From: Eledone cirrhosa
Taxonomy: Eukaryota
Direction: 5' to 3'
DNA: 64,000 nt
NCBI GenBank assembly: GCA_964016885.1
Contig: OZ024743.1
Coordinates: forward strand, 154,194,001 to 154,258,000
Shown here piece after piece: positions 13,501 through 25,970 of the stretch; position 1 is the first letter of the stretch; each line of letters begins with the position of its first letter. The translations under genes and the position numbers were made by a program. A model generated the notes under the pieces. That model worked only from the letters and a program-made list of their open reading frames with translations, was not told the DNA's origin and made no database searches.

Positions 13501-13969
13501 GATACCGTTCCAGTCGCCCACTAACACTAAAGAGCGGGACGTTCCAAGAAAGGTCTCATGACGTCTGAAGAAATCTGGCCGTCCAGCCCCTGTTGGGGAG
13601 TAGACGGCTACTAGCCTGAAAGGATTGCCTTCGCCGCCGGTGACGTCCAGCATCACCGACTTACCTTCTGGGTCTAGGAAGATTGCCCGTATGGGGAGAT
13701 CCAAGCTTCTCCGGAAAAGACGGCAACCCCTCCCCCCGATCCTGGACGGCTGGGAGATGCGTATACATCGTAGCCGCCGAAGATCGTTGCGAAGGCTTGT
13801 GCTTCGTGATTCTGGTTTCACTGATGGCCACCACATCCATGTTTAGTGACCTGAGGTCGTTGAGCAGGTGACACTGCTTCCAAGATGACCCCATGCCACG
13901 TGCATTTATACTGCCTATTCTGAGTACGGCCATGTTGGAAGAGAAACGGGGCAAGTGAGAAAGGGTCAT
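10533..13969 (-). pseudogene. LINE ORF2 (APE endonuclease-RT-zf-RVT), frameshifted
   Basis: RIGSINARG, AVYSP, VGDWN, TDHK, NFRPITLLNADFK, LDQSKAFDRVDH, SVRQVCPLS, AYADD, CPRC..DETVVHALVQC spread over several frames. Confidence 0.92.
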
Positions 13970-15400
13970 TACCTTGTTCGTGTGGTGAAGGGACAGTAGA
14001 ACCGTCCCTTTCGCTGGTCATGGGTGTTTCCAAGAGGATGTCAGTATATATCCTCTTGGTAACCTACCCCCTGAAGTCTCCAACTGCGTTGGGGAATTTT
14101 TGTTTTAAAGATTTGTACTGTTCTAATGAGATTTCAATGATGTTTATGTTTGTCGGGAGAGTTCTTGAAGTTGGTGGGGTGTAGTAGTTTTTTTTCTGTG
14201 ATGTCTGTGTGCTGCTTTATATATTGTATGAGTTCTTTTTTTGCCATGTTTATGGCTGTGTACTTTTTGGTGGGGAGGAGTGATTTTGTTGCTGTTTTCT
14301 TCTTGTTGCTTTTTTGGGTGTGTGTCTTGTTGTGTTTGCGTTGTTAGTGTTTTTCGTGATGCTGGTGGTGGTGTGGTTGTTGTTTTCCGTGGTGCTTGTG
14401 GTCGTGATAGTGGTGGTGTTGCTGCAAGTTTCCTTGCTGCCTTTACACCTCTTTGTATGCCTTCGCTTTTGGAGGGTGAATCTAAGGGTTTTTTTTGTTT
14501 TGGGTTTTTTGTGGCAGACCGTTTGCTACTTCACTCCCGCCTCAAAATCCATGTCGGATTCCCTTGCGTCTGGGAGGGGTATGTGCTCCACGGCTGTTGG
14601 TGGTGGTAGTGGAGACCTCTTTGGCAATATTGTTGCTGGTGTAGTTACTTGAAATGTAGCTATTGGTGTTGCCGGCACTGATGATGCTGCTTTAGTTGTC
14701 CGTGGCCTTGGTACGGGGTCTACTGACGTTGCCCTCCTACTCACCGTGGAAGGGGCTTCTGTGTTTGTTCCCTACCCTGGTCTTGGTAGCAGCGGACCAG
14801 GTATTGGAAGGAGAGGGGCCTTCTTCTTCGTTGTCTTCTGCGGGCAAAAGGCCCTGAGGTGACCCTTCGACCCACAGAGATAACATTTTGGCCGTCTTCC
14901 TTCTACACTTATAGGGAGTTGGAGTCCTTACTCGATGTCTATGATATCGGGGATAGCGTCGATACATTCCTGGTCAGTTTTTATAAGCATTTGCATGCCT
15001 ATACTTGACCAGTTCTCTCTCCCTATTTTTTCTACTTGCAGCATGGTCGTCTTGTTCTCGATTCCAGCAAGGACAGACGCTACCAGCCAAGGCATGGGCA
15101 CGTCGGGTGGGACCTAGGTCACTTTGACCCTCACAATTTTCTGCCCGCAGTAGGAGGGCACCAAGCCTTTCTCCTGACTCTTTAGAGTTTCCAAAGGGTG
15201 AGACTTTGCTTCCTATGGGGTGGCGAAAAGTACGTCTACTGTGCCGAACTTTTTGCCTCGGGTGATGTGGGATTTGCATGCCTAGACGCACCCCAAGGCC
15301 TTTTGGATTTGAGCCTCCGTGACTCTCTCCGCCCAATGTGAGATTTTGCTTAAAGTGTGGTAAGTCACCGTCCGTAGCTGCTGGTCCTTGAAAAAATAAG
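13970..15400 (-). pseudogene. LINE ORF1 remnant (CCHC knuckle, Thr/Lys-rich linker)
   Basis: FFKDQQLRTVTY..., VPSYCGQKIVRV, CCHC near 14850-14890; homologous to ORF1 of copies B, C and E. Confidence 0.8.
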
Positions 15401-15404
15401 GGAA

Positions 15405-15790
15405 GAGGACGCACGTGGTGGATAGAAGGTCATTAAATAAATCCCGTAAGTTTTTGATTTTTAACATATTTGAAACAATTGTGATATTTCAATTCTTAGT
15501 ACAAATGATACATAAAGCTCCAGACTCAACTCTCAGGGAATTCTGATACATAGTATCCTGTTATATCGCTCAAATATTCAATTTTGTATTATACATTTTA
15601 TATCCACAAAAGAAAATGGTTATAAATGGAAGAACATTCCTTCTGTCTACACTATATAGAACAGCCAAATAACAGCAATTTCACCAACACCACAAACTAG
15701 ATACACCACCTATCTCATCACCCCTCTGTGTACACTAAATACAACATCCAGATAAAGGCAATTTCACCACCACCACCACAAATCCAGCAT
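15405..15790 (+). mobile_element. Inverted 5'-UTR/ORF1 start of a Tx1-like LINE
   Basis: TCCCGTAAGTTTTTGATTTTTAACATATTTGAAACAATTGTGAT matches 31900-31945 and resembles the 5' leader of copy B; ends at (AAT)n. Confidence 0.6.
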
Positions 15791-15800
15791 AATAATAATA

Positions 15801-15978
15801 ATTGTGTCTAGTTTCGACACAAGGCCAGCAATTACCCAGTATATTATTGGTTATTTTATTTTATCGACCCCGTAAGGATGAAAGGCAAAGTCAACCTCGG
15901 CCAGATTTGAACTCAGATCGTAAAGGGACGTAATTATGCTGGAAAGCATGGCGTCCTACCCTCCACCGATACTGCCAA
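15801..15978 (-). mobile_element. Near full-length SINE in (AAT)n
   Basis: Aligns with 3965-4150 over its length; flanked by AAT repeats. Confidence 0.85.
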
Positions 15979-15999
15979 TAATAATAATTACTATTATTA

Positions 16000-16540
16000 T
16001 TGTCTCAAGTTTTTTGAAAATGTTTAATTCAAATATTAGGAAGTTATGTCAACACATATATTAAACATACTCGACAAACCGCATAGATACACAGATCAAA
16101 CACTACAGTCAATTCAACAAAACTCAGTAATGACAACGCCATCACTATAGTCACCGCACCCACCACTCCATCCATCATTGCTACCACAATCCCATCACCG
16201 CCGCCACCACTCCCTCATTGCTAACACCACTATTCCCCCATTACCTTCTGTTAACTTAAGAAAGTGGAAGGTGGCGGTATCACTAGACAAGGGAGAGGCT
16301 AACAAAAGATATAAATATATTGACATAGTGATTCGGTCAAATGTCAACCACTATGGCACTGCTGGCTCGCCCCTTCCCCACCAACAATAGAAAAAGCCCC
16401 AGCACCACCACCGACATAGCCAACAACAATAACAGACAACTTCAGCAAAAAGTATATTATATTATTAGTAATAATTTAATTCTTAAGCCACGCAATGCTC
16501 ACATTAAGGAACCACTCATGATAATAACAACTTGAAATAC
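16000..16540 (+). mobile_element. Thr/Pro-rich retroelement 5' fragment, similar to 32100-32450
   Basis: CCACCACTCCCTCATTGCTAACACCACTATTCCCCCATTACCTTCTGTTAA resembles CCACCACTGCCTCATTATCGCTACCGCCGCTATTCTCTCCCACTACCTCCTGCTAA. Confidence 0.4.
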
Positions 16541-16554
16541 AACAAAAAAGAAAA

Positions 16555-19500
16555 CACCGTGACCAAGAAATACCGGGATGGCGGCCGGCGGGAATAGCTG
16601 TGTCTCTAGGGGAGGACAACCCCTCTAGTCTTGGTTTACACTCGTCCTAAAAGTGATAACACGAAATGATTACCCCTTGGCGGATAAGGATAAAACGCGA
16701 CAAAATTAAGTAAATGTCAAATGATAAAATCTCATACCGGATCGGCCGTCACCCGGGTCAAAATATCAGCTAATGATTCAAACCTTCCCATCACTTCGGA
16801 GCTGGAGACCTCCCATAACCGGAATACTCCTACTGTTGGCCCTCCATGCTCACCACCAAGAAATCCAAAGAAAAAGAGAGAAAAAAGGTCAAGGGAAGAT
16901 AATAAAGAAGTCCTCGAGGCTTTCTACACTGCCATGTACTACCCATCAAATACATCGAATCGAGAACAGACATATATCAACTGGAAAAAGAAACATCCGG
17001 AAAACAGAGGCTATATTGACAGTAACAAACTAGCCAATATACGAAGAAATATTGTTAAAAAAAAGTTACTAACTGATATAGAAATTGATCAGATCAAGCT
17101 ATTGGCATAAAGTAAGCGAAGGGAAAATGAAGCATGCGTCAGTGAAAACGAGGTAAATTGTAACACTTCGAATCCCAGGGTTGGGGCGGAATCACTGACA
17201 ACAGAACAAATTAAAGAAACGATTGAAAAAGTGGAGGGAGTGCATGCTCAAGATGAAACTCAAAATGAAAACAATGAGATCGTAAATGATAAAGAAATGA
17301 ATGAGTATGGACTTGCCAACATGAAGGATGACATTATGATCGAATGGATGAAAATGAAAGAATCCCTAAGATCCAGAACTCCAAACAGAACCAAATTATA
17401 ATACACAAGACTAACATAATTCTCAAAAACATTATCATCACAAACACCTAAACATTACTGATCTAAATCATCTGTATTATGCATCGGCTAATGTCACCAC
17501 TACTTATGTGGAGTGAAAATGAAAAAAACAAAGGAATTCCCACAAGAAATCTATTTGACAAGAGAACATCAATCGCAAAATAAACCTTCTCCGATCTGAC
17601 ATAGACATTTTAAGAAAATACAAAGTAGGTGAACACGTTAAACAAACTAAACTTAGAAAATTGAAAAGAAAATACAGTATGAAATCAACAAGTGAAATAG
17701 ACATGCTGATAGAAATAATCAAGCAAAAAGTGTCGGCCAAAGCTGCTCGTATAAGCCGCTTTGAAAAAGGATCTAGTTTCTATAAGGACAATAATATGTT
17801 CAAAAACAACCAAAGAAACTTCTACAGAAAAATTGGCAAGTCAACAATAACTGCTAAATCAATACCACCCAAGGAGGAAGTGCAAGAATTCTGGAAAAAG
17901 ATCTGGGCCGAAGAAAAAGTTCATAAAACACATGCCCCATGGATAGACAGACAAATGAAAGATACAGATCACCTTGAGGAACAAATATGCGAAAATATAA
18001 CAGTTCAACAGTCGCGCTTGGCTCTAAGAAAAACCAGCAAATGGAAATCCCCAGGAAAACGACAAAATACAAATGTTTTGGATAATTGCCTTCACAGAGT
18101 CTCATGAGCTGTTAGCCCAACTTTAGAATGAAATAGTTAAGGAGCCAGAAAAGATACCATCATGGCTAGTTAACGGCATTACATTCCTGCTTCCGAAGAA
18201 TGATGAGACAAACAATCCAAAAGATTACAGACCGATAACTTGCTTGACCACAATGTATAAAATTTTAACATCCAATATCCTGAATATACATATGCCACCT
18301 GATAACAAATGACCTATTTCCCAATGAGCCGAAAGGGTGTAAATGAGGCTCATATGGCTGTAAGGATCAGCTTTTGGTTAACAAAATGATACTGGAAGAT
18401 TTTCATAATAGACACAACAATCTATCAATTGCTTGGATAGATTATAAAAAAGCATTCGATAGTTTGCCACACAGTTGGATTGAAAAATGTTTAGAGATTT
18501 TCAAAATATCCCCCGTTGTCAGGAGGTTTTTGTCAATCAGTATGAAGACATGGAAAACGACACTCCTTTTGAATAGTGAAAAAAATCACTGGAAGCTATA
18601 GAAATTAATATTAATTGTGGAATTTTTCAGGGTGACTCTTTATCACCGCTTTTATTCTGCATCGCACTTATACCATTAAGTAAAATGCTCAATGAAACAA
18701 AACATGGTTATAAAGTCTTTGACAAAACCATTAATCACTTATTCTACATGGATGACCTGAAACTATTTGCAAAAATTGATGAGCAATTGCAAGGGCTATT
18801 ATCAACTGTGAAGCGGATGACATTAAAATGGTGTTTGGATTAGATAAATGCGCCAAAGCAACGTTCACCAGAGGAAAGCTGCTGAAATGTTCACACGTTA
18901 ATCTTGATCGGGGGAATGTGATGAGAGAACTTGACCAAGAGGAAACTTACAAATAGCTAGTTGTTTGTGAAGGAGACGGAATCAAGCCCTCGACAATGAG
19001 GGAAAGGATAAGGAAGGAATGTTACCGCAGAGTAAGAGCAATCTTAAGACCGGAATTGAATGCAAGGAATAGGATCGATGCCATAAACACGCTTGCCATA
19101 CAAGTAGTAACCTACAGTTACAATGTCATCAACTGGTCAAGCACAGAGATCCGTAGGCTCGATACAACAATTAGAAAATTCTTAACCATGCACAGAATGC
19201 ATCACCCTAAAGCAGATACAGATAGAATATATCTCCCTAGGAAAGAACGAGGACGTGAGTTAATCCAGTTAGATATTGCGTTGAAAAATCTGCAACAATT
19301 GGATTATCTACATATCTAAGGGAATCACAAGATTGGATGATCAAACTCGTTTTGAAACACAAAAGCATCAACAGATCATACACCATTACAAAAGATGCAT
19401 AAAGATGCAGTAATGGACTACAAATTTCAGAAGTTCCATTTACTGCTGAAATAAAAAACACAAAAAAAGCAAAGCAGGTAAAAGTAACTGCAGAAAAAGA

Positions 19501-20407
19501 ACTGCTAGAGAAACTGGCTAAGAAATGGCAAGAAAAGCCTCTGCATGGAAAATACCCAGAAAGAGCTGACAATGCTGATGTTGACAAAACTTTAACCCAT
19601 CCTCTGGACTGAAATCGGAGACTGAAGGACTAATTATATTAGCAGAAGATCAGTGTCTGCCAACAAAAATTACCCAGCCAACATAATAAAAAATGGATGC
19701 AATCCATTATGCCGTGTATGTAAAAAACAAGAGACCATTGAGCATATAATTTCAATGTGCAGTCCTATAGCTCCAACCGAATACCTAAACAGGCACGACA
19801 GAGCTGCACAATACATAGATTGGATAATGTGTAAGCATTTTGTCCTGCCTCATCAAAATAATTGGTAGGAACATCAACCAACTCCCGTACCTTAAAAAGA
19901 TCACCTCTCAATTTTGAGACAGACCGAAAACTAGATGCAAATAGACCTGATATAATACTGAATGACTTTAAAAAGACGGTATGACTGTTAATTGATATGT
20001 CTGTTCCAATAGACAAGAAATAATCTATAAAACATTTGAAAAATTAAGCAATATAAGGACCTGGAGATAGAAATTGGAAAAATGTGGATATTGAGAACTA
20101 AAACAATACCAGTGGTTGTAGACGCTCTAGGAATGATACCTAAGAGGTGTAATGATTATTTATCGCAAATCCCAGGAAACCCACGTATAGGAGAAATACA
20201 AATGATAGTACTGATGAGAAAACCCCATATACTAAGGAACATTTTGTCAATATAAGTACATCACTAGTCACCTAAAGATGCATGTGTGTGTATGTATGTT
20301 CTTTCTTGAACATGGCGAACCTTGTCTCAATAGGTCACTGGTTGTGACTTGGTGATAACTCGTATGAACATAAAGCAAGATAAATACAGCTGTAATAATA
20401 ATAATAA
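16555..20407 (+). mobile_element. R4/Dong-type non-LTR retrotransposon (RT + restriction-like endonuclease), near full-length, inactivated
   Basis: KWKSPG, DYRPITCL, WIDYKKAFDSLPH, GIFQGDSLSPLLF, LFYMDDLKLF, CRVCKKQETIEHIISMC, RHD, ANRPDII, IDMSVP; ends in (TAA)n at ~20393-20407; many stops and frameshifts. Confidence 0.92.
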
Positions 20408-20409
20408 AA

Positions 20410-23400
20410 ATGGTTTCTTTATTGGCCACAAGGGCTGACACGAAGAAAAACATTAAACGCCACAGAACAGTACAGGACGATACAAAGTGGGTTTTGGTCG
20501 TTTAAATAGGTTATAGCATGATAGAAATCGGGATAGAAATAAAAAGATTCCAACAACAAAAATTCCCCAAAGAGGGGAACACCTCCAAGTGTCACTCGTG
20601 GTGAAAACCACACAAAAGACTACGGCCACCCTGACCACCAGGACAAGCCCCCTCTTTCAATTTTCACACTCCTCAGTCTACAGGCTCGTTCAATCAGACC
20701 AGACTCGCCACTTTCACCCACCTTTCAACAAACTTACTAGAAGACACCACTTGCTTCTCCACCCTGATTTTCCTCTTCAAGCGAATTTTGAAAAAATTAA
20801 TCAGGGATTGGCCGGAGAGGAAAGTGTCCGTCTTCAACCCTTTCAACCTTGTCCACTACACAATCTCTTTCGCCATGGCGATCAGGCAGAGGAAAACTGC
20901 CTGCCTTTACTCCTCAAGCATTGTACAGATGGCGGGGCTATCTGTACAATGCTTCAGTCGATAACAGGATCCGTCCTACACGCGACAGAGGCTGTTCGAC
21001 ATAGCTCCACAAGTCAGAAATCCTCGGGCACTGAACGAGTTGCTGCAGGACGGTTTCATCACCCTGCGCGCATCTCAGACAGGCTCGGCTGACAGCACCT
21101 CCGTAGCCCTCCGTATAGAACGCCGAGATGGTTGCTGCACTGATACTAGTGACCAGCTGGTAGAGGGCGGCGAGCACTTGGAGACATTCCAGCTTCCAAG
21201 CGCTAACCCTCGGTCTTTTTCCTGATCCAGGACTGCAGCTCCGTCAAGGAGTCGAGCTGCGGAAAAGCGCGTCTGGCAAACGTCCGCCAAGGAAGCACCA
21301 GAGATGTCGCAGCCTCAGCGCATGTTTGCGAATCATCAGCCACGGCATGCTGAATCCTCCACGCAATGGGTGTTGACAGCTAATGGATCGTCTGACCATG
21401 GGAGCACGTCCCTTCCACAAAAAAGCGGTAGATAGGGCGCTCAATTTTGGTAAGAGTTGGGCGGGGCAAGTTACGACGGTCAGGCGGTAGCAGACGACGG
21501 ACGCTATGTACACATTCCCCACCTCCGCCGACCTTTCACAGACAGCCTCCTATAGGCATATTTCTGGGTGAGAGAGGCATCTCTGTTCGTCACCTCGCTC
21601 CAGTTCTTATCCATCTGGAGGTCGCGACCGAACCAGATTCCGAGAAATTTAACTGGTCTTTCCGTCCAACGCCCCACGATGCTGTCGGACAGCATGGACT
21701 TGCCTTTCCAAGTGCCGAGTTGCAACACACCGACTTTTCCTGGTTTATCTTTGCTCCTGTCACCGGTTCGTATTCCTTGAGAGCGCGCCGTCAACTGGAC
21801 GTGTTTGGTGCTCGACACCACAACGATGATGTCATCGGCGTAAGCTGACACGGATCTCCCACATCGCAGTTCGCGTGGGAACCCCCTCATCGTCTCCAAT
21901 ATGTGTAGTAACGGCTCAAGGACCATTACATACAACAGGTAAGAGAGGGGGCAATCGTGGTGGACCGAGTGCAGGATGCTAAAAGGCTGCGACAGGTGAG
22001 CATTGACCTTCACAATCGAGCAGATATCGCTGTGCATCAGAGCGATCCAGCCCCTAAAAACGGGCTTGAAGCCGGCCGATTCAAGGGTCGCAGCCACGTA
22101 CCGATGGTCGACCCTTTCAAATGCTTTAGATTGATCCATGTTGATCAGGGCCCCACCTGTGCCAAGTTCCTTAACCATCCTCTCTATGATATATCGCATG
22201 AGATGGAGGATGTCTTGGGTGGATCTGTCCGGAATGGCGCATGTCTGCACTTTCCCACCAGACAACCGACGACAAGACCCGATCTCTAACACCTTGTCCA
22301 AAATCTTAAACTCTGCGTTTAGCCGCGTTATAGGCCTGAAGTTCTCTATAACCAACCCCTTGTTCGGGTCTTTTCTCAGCAGCGACACCACTCCCTGGAT
22401 CACAAAACTGGGAAACCTCCAATTTTGCTGCCAGTTGCAATAGAAATCTGCCAAGAGGTCGCCGAACAAATCTGGCAAATACGCATAAGCTCGTGGGTAG
22501 ACCATCCAAATCTGGCGATTTAACCCTTGCGCAGTCAGACATCGCTTCCCGCATTTCACCGGAACAATTGAGCAAAGTGCTGTTGAAAACCCGCCCACAT
22601 CTGTTCGGCTTCGAGCAACATTCGCCCGTTTTTGTCAGAGTGCCAATCTCGCCGCAAGCACGTCGGTTACGATGTCCTAAACGCCTCTTCTAGCTTTCTA
22701 TCTAACTCTCCCTCTACTCTATTTTCCTCTATCACTAATCCTTTGCTAAACCTTATCGATTCTACTCTAATAGCGCTTTTCAGGGTAACACACCACCTGT
22801 TGTTGACGATCGCACCCGTCAACGCAAGTTTAACAAATTCGCTAATCCGGTCCCTGTAATCTTTGCACGCTGGGAACGACGGGTTGAGCTTCCAGTAGAC
22901 GGGCCCTTGTCTATAGAGTCTATCGAAGTCAACTTCACAGATCATAAATTTGTGGTACGTTTAGTCAACTACTTTAAATTGTGAACAACCTACACTAGCC
23001 TTATCAGTTGTTTCCCCACATAATACCCTATCTAAATACGATCTAGATGACCCTGTGCGGTTTGCCCATGTCCACATTTGCATATTCGGATAATCCATTC
23101 AATACCTGTCAGACAGTTCAAAGCGTGTGAGCAGGTTGTTGAGGCTTTTGCACCCTACTGCCCTGTCTACTAGCCCCACATAATCCCAGCGTGCATCCAC
23201 AATACCGTTCCAGTCGCCCACTAATACTAAAGATCGGGACGTTCCAAGAAACATCTCTAAACGTCTGAGCAATGTGGCTGTCCTGCCCCTAATGGGGGCG
23301 TAGACAGCTACTAGCCTGAACCGATTCCCTTCGCTGCCAGTCACGTCCAGCAGCACCGACTTACCTTCCGGGTCCAGGAAGATCGCCCGTATGGCGAGAT

Positions 23401-25848
23401 ACAAGCTTTTCCGAAAAGGCACGGCAACCACTCCCCCCGATGCTGTTCGGCTGGGAGATGCGTATACATCGTAGCCGCAGAAAATCGGTGCGAAGGCTCG
23501 TGCTTCGGAGTTTCTGGTCTCGTTGATGGCCACCACATCTATGTTTAGCCACCTGAGGTTGTTGAGCAGGTGGCCCAGCGTCCAAGATGACCCCAGGCCA
23601 CGTAAATTTATACTGCCTATTCTAAGTACGGCCGTGTTGGATGAGAAACTGGGTAAGTGAGAAAGGATCATTTACGTTGATCGTATGGGGAAGAGACAGT
23701 AGAACCATCCCTTTGGCTGGTCACAGTTGTTTCCAAGAGGATGTCGGTGTGTATCCTCTTGGTAACCGACCCTCTGAAGTGTCCAACTGCGTTGGGGAAT
23801 TTTTCTTTTAACAGTTTATAATGTTTAACTTTGATTTCAATTATTTTCATGTTTTTCGGGAGAGTTCTTGGTTTTGATGGGGTGTAGTATTTTTCTTCTG
23901 TGACGTCTGTGTGCTGCTTTATATGTTGTAAGAGTTCTTTATTTGTCACGTTTATGGCTGTGTACTTTTGGGAGGGAGGGGGATTTTGTTGCTGTTTTCT
24001 TCTTGTTGCTGTAGGTGTGTGTGTTTTATTGTGTTTGCGATGTTGGTGTTTTTTGGTGATGCTGGTGGTGGTGTGATTATTGTTGGTGGTGATGGTGATG
24101 GTGGTGGTGTTGCTGCAAGTCTCCGTGCAGCCTTTACCCCTCCTTCTTTGCCTTCGCTTTTGCAAGGTGAAGCTAAGGCATTTTTTCTTTTTTCTTTTTT
24201 GTAACAGACCGTTTCCCACTTGCCTCGCGCGTCATACTCCATGTCGGTTTCCGTGGCATCTGGGAGGGGTTTGAGTGCCACTGCTGTTGCCGGTGGTATT
24301 GGAGCCAGCTCCGACGATTTTGCCGCCAGTGTAGCTACTGCGACTGTTGTTGTTGCCGCCACTGCTGCTGCTGCTTTAGTTGTCCGTGGCCTTTGTATGG
24401 GTGCCACGGACGTTGCCTTCCTACTGACCGTGGAAGGGGCTTTTGCCTCTGTTGCTTTCCCTGCGCTTGGTAGTAGCGGATGAGGCGTCAGAAGGTGGGG
24501 GGCCCTCTTCTCGGTTGTCTTCTGCGGGTAGAATGCCCTGAGGTGACCCTTTTGCTCACAGAGATAGCACTTTGGGCGCCTTCCTTCCACGCTTATAGGA
24601 GTTGGAGTCATTCTTCAAGGTATTTGAGGTCTGTGATGGCCTCGATGCACTCCTGGTCACACTGTATTAGCGTTCGCATGCCTATTACTGACCAGTTCTC
24701 TCTTCCCATTCTCTGTATTTGCAGCGTGGTGGTTTTCTCCTCGATTCCAGCCAGTACGGACGGGGTACGGGAACGTCGGGTACGGGAACGTCGGGTACGG
24801 GAACGTCGCGGTACGGGAACGTCGCGGTACGGGAACGTCGGGTGGACCTGGGTGACTATGACCCTCAAAAATTTCTGCCCGCAGTAGGAGGGCACCAAGA
24901 CTATCTCCTCACTCTTTAGGGTTTCCAAAGTGTGGGACTTCGCCTTTTGGGGGTGGCGAAAAGTACGTCTACTGTGGCACTCCAAGGCCATTTGGATTTG
25001 AGCCTCCCTGGCTATCTCCACAAGATGTGATATTTTGCTTACGGTGCGGTAAGTTACCGTGCGCAGCTGCTGGTCTTTGAAGAAATCAGGTGGGGTTTTC
25101 AGGAAAACTCTATTGTCGCTTCTTGACACCATGGCCTTTGCGACTGCCATCTCCTCCTCTGTGACTAGCACTGTGTCTATATTTCGGGCCACACCTGCGA
25201 AAGATGTGGCCCCTTTTTCAGCGGTACCATTATTGCTGCCGCTACTGCTGCTACTGGTCTTGTTGTTGGTGATGTTGCTGTTGCTACAAACGGTTTTGGT
25301 GTTTTATCACTGTTGTAGTTGGTTGTGTTTTCAGTGCCACCGTTGTTGTTTTCGGTGCAATTTGTATTGTTGCTGTTGGTGTTGTCGCTGTTTCTTTTCT
25401 TGTTAGTGGTGTTAATATCCTTGTTGCATTTGTTGTCATTTTTTTCTGCTGTCTCTATTCTGGTTGTGGCTGTTATTGTTGTAGTCGGTGTGGGTTTTTT
25501 TTAAATTAGTGTTCTCAGTGTTGTTGTCTTTGTTAACGTTGTTTGTGGTGGTGTTCTTGTATGAGTTTCTGTAACCCTCCTGTCAACATTTACGCCGTGA
25601 TCACAGGACAGCAGACTTATAGTTGGGGGGCGTGGCTCAGCCATATTTTAAAAAAATGTTTAAAGTAAAATGTTAGAATGTTAATCAAATATTTGGGACA
25701 AGAGGCCCAAATATTATACTTTTCCCTTCCCAGGGCAAAGTCCAAGGGCTTATATGACTTATACAACAAGAACAATTGAGCAACAAATAATTATAACAGG
25801 TAAATAAAGCGACTTACCGGGAGCGAGCAAAATGCGTCCAAACAGGCC
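20410..25848 (-). mobile_element. Tx1/L1-clade LINE, copy B (both ends present, internally decayed)
   Basis: 5' end abuts (ATT)n at ~25849; ORF1 from ATG ~25644 with RPKCYLCEQKGHLRAF; APE in 23099-23671; RT in 21504-22598 (YADD); 3' end GCCCTTGTGGCCAATAAAGAAACC. Confidence 0.93.
24763..24839. repeat. 15/16-bp tandem repeat x5 inside ORF1 of copy B
   Basis: GGGTACGGGAACGTC x3 then GCGGTACGGGAACGTC x2. Confidence 0.95.
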
Positions 25849-25859
25849 AATAATAATAA

Positions 25860-25945
25860 TTGTTTCTACCTTTGGCACAAGGCCAGCAATTATTTCAGTG
25901 TATTACTGGTACTTTGTTTTATCGACGCCGTAAGGATGAAAGGCC
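25860..25945 (-). mobile_element. 5'-truncated SINE in (AAT)n between LINE copies B and C
   Basis: TGTTTCTACCTTTGGCACAAGGCCAGCAATT...CGTAAGGATGAAAGGC. Confidence 0.85.
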
Positions 25946-25970
25946 AATAATAATAATAATAATAATAATA

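Larger units (their letters stand above)
10231..15402 (-). mobile_element. Tx1/L1-clade non-LTR retrotransposon, copy A (decayed, 5'-inverted)
   Basis: ORF1 with CCHC knuckle (KCYLCGSKGHLRAFC), ORF2 with APE, RT and C-terminal zinc finger; 3' end GGCCAATAAAGAAATC followed by (ATT)n. Confidence 0.93.

Noticed and set aside
16721-20250. In-frame TGA codons as selenocysteine or programmed readthrough in retroelement ORFs
   Set aside because: Stops are mixed TAA/TAG/TGA with frameshifts, consistent with neutral decay; no SECIS seen.
24763-24839. CRISPR-like short repeats
   Set aside because: No spacers, no cas genes, eukaryotic context.
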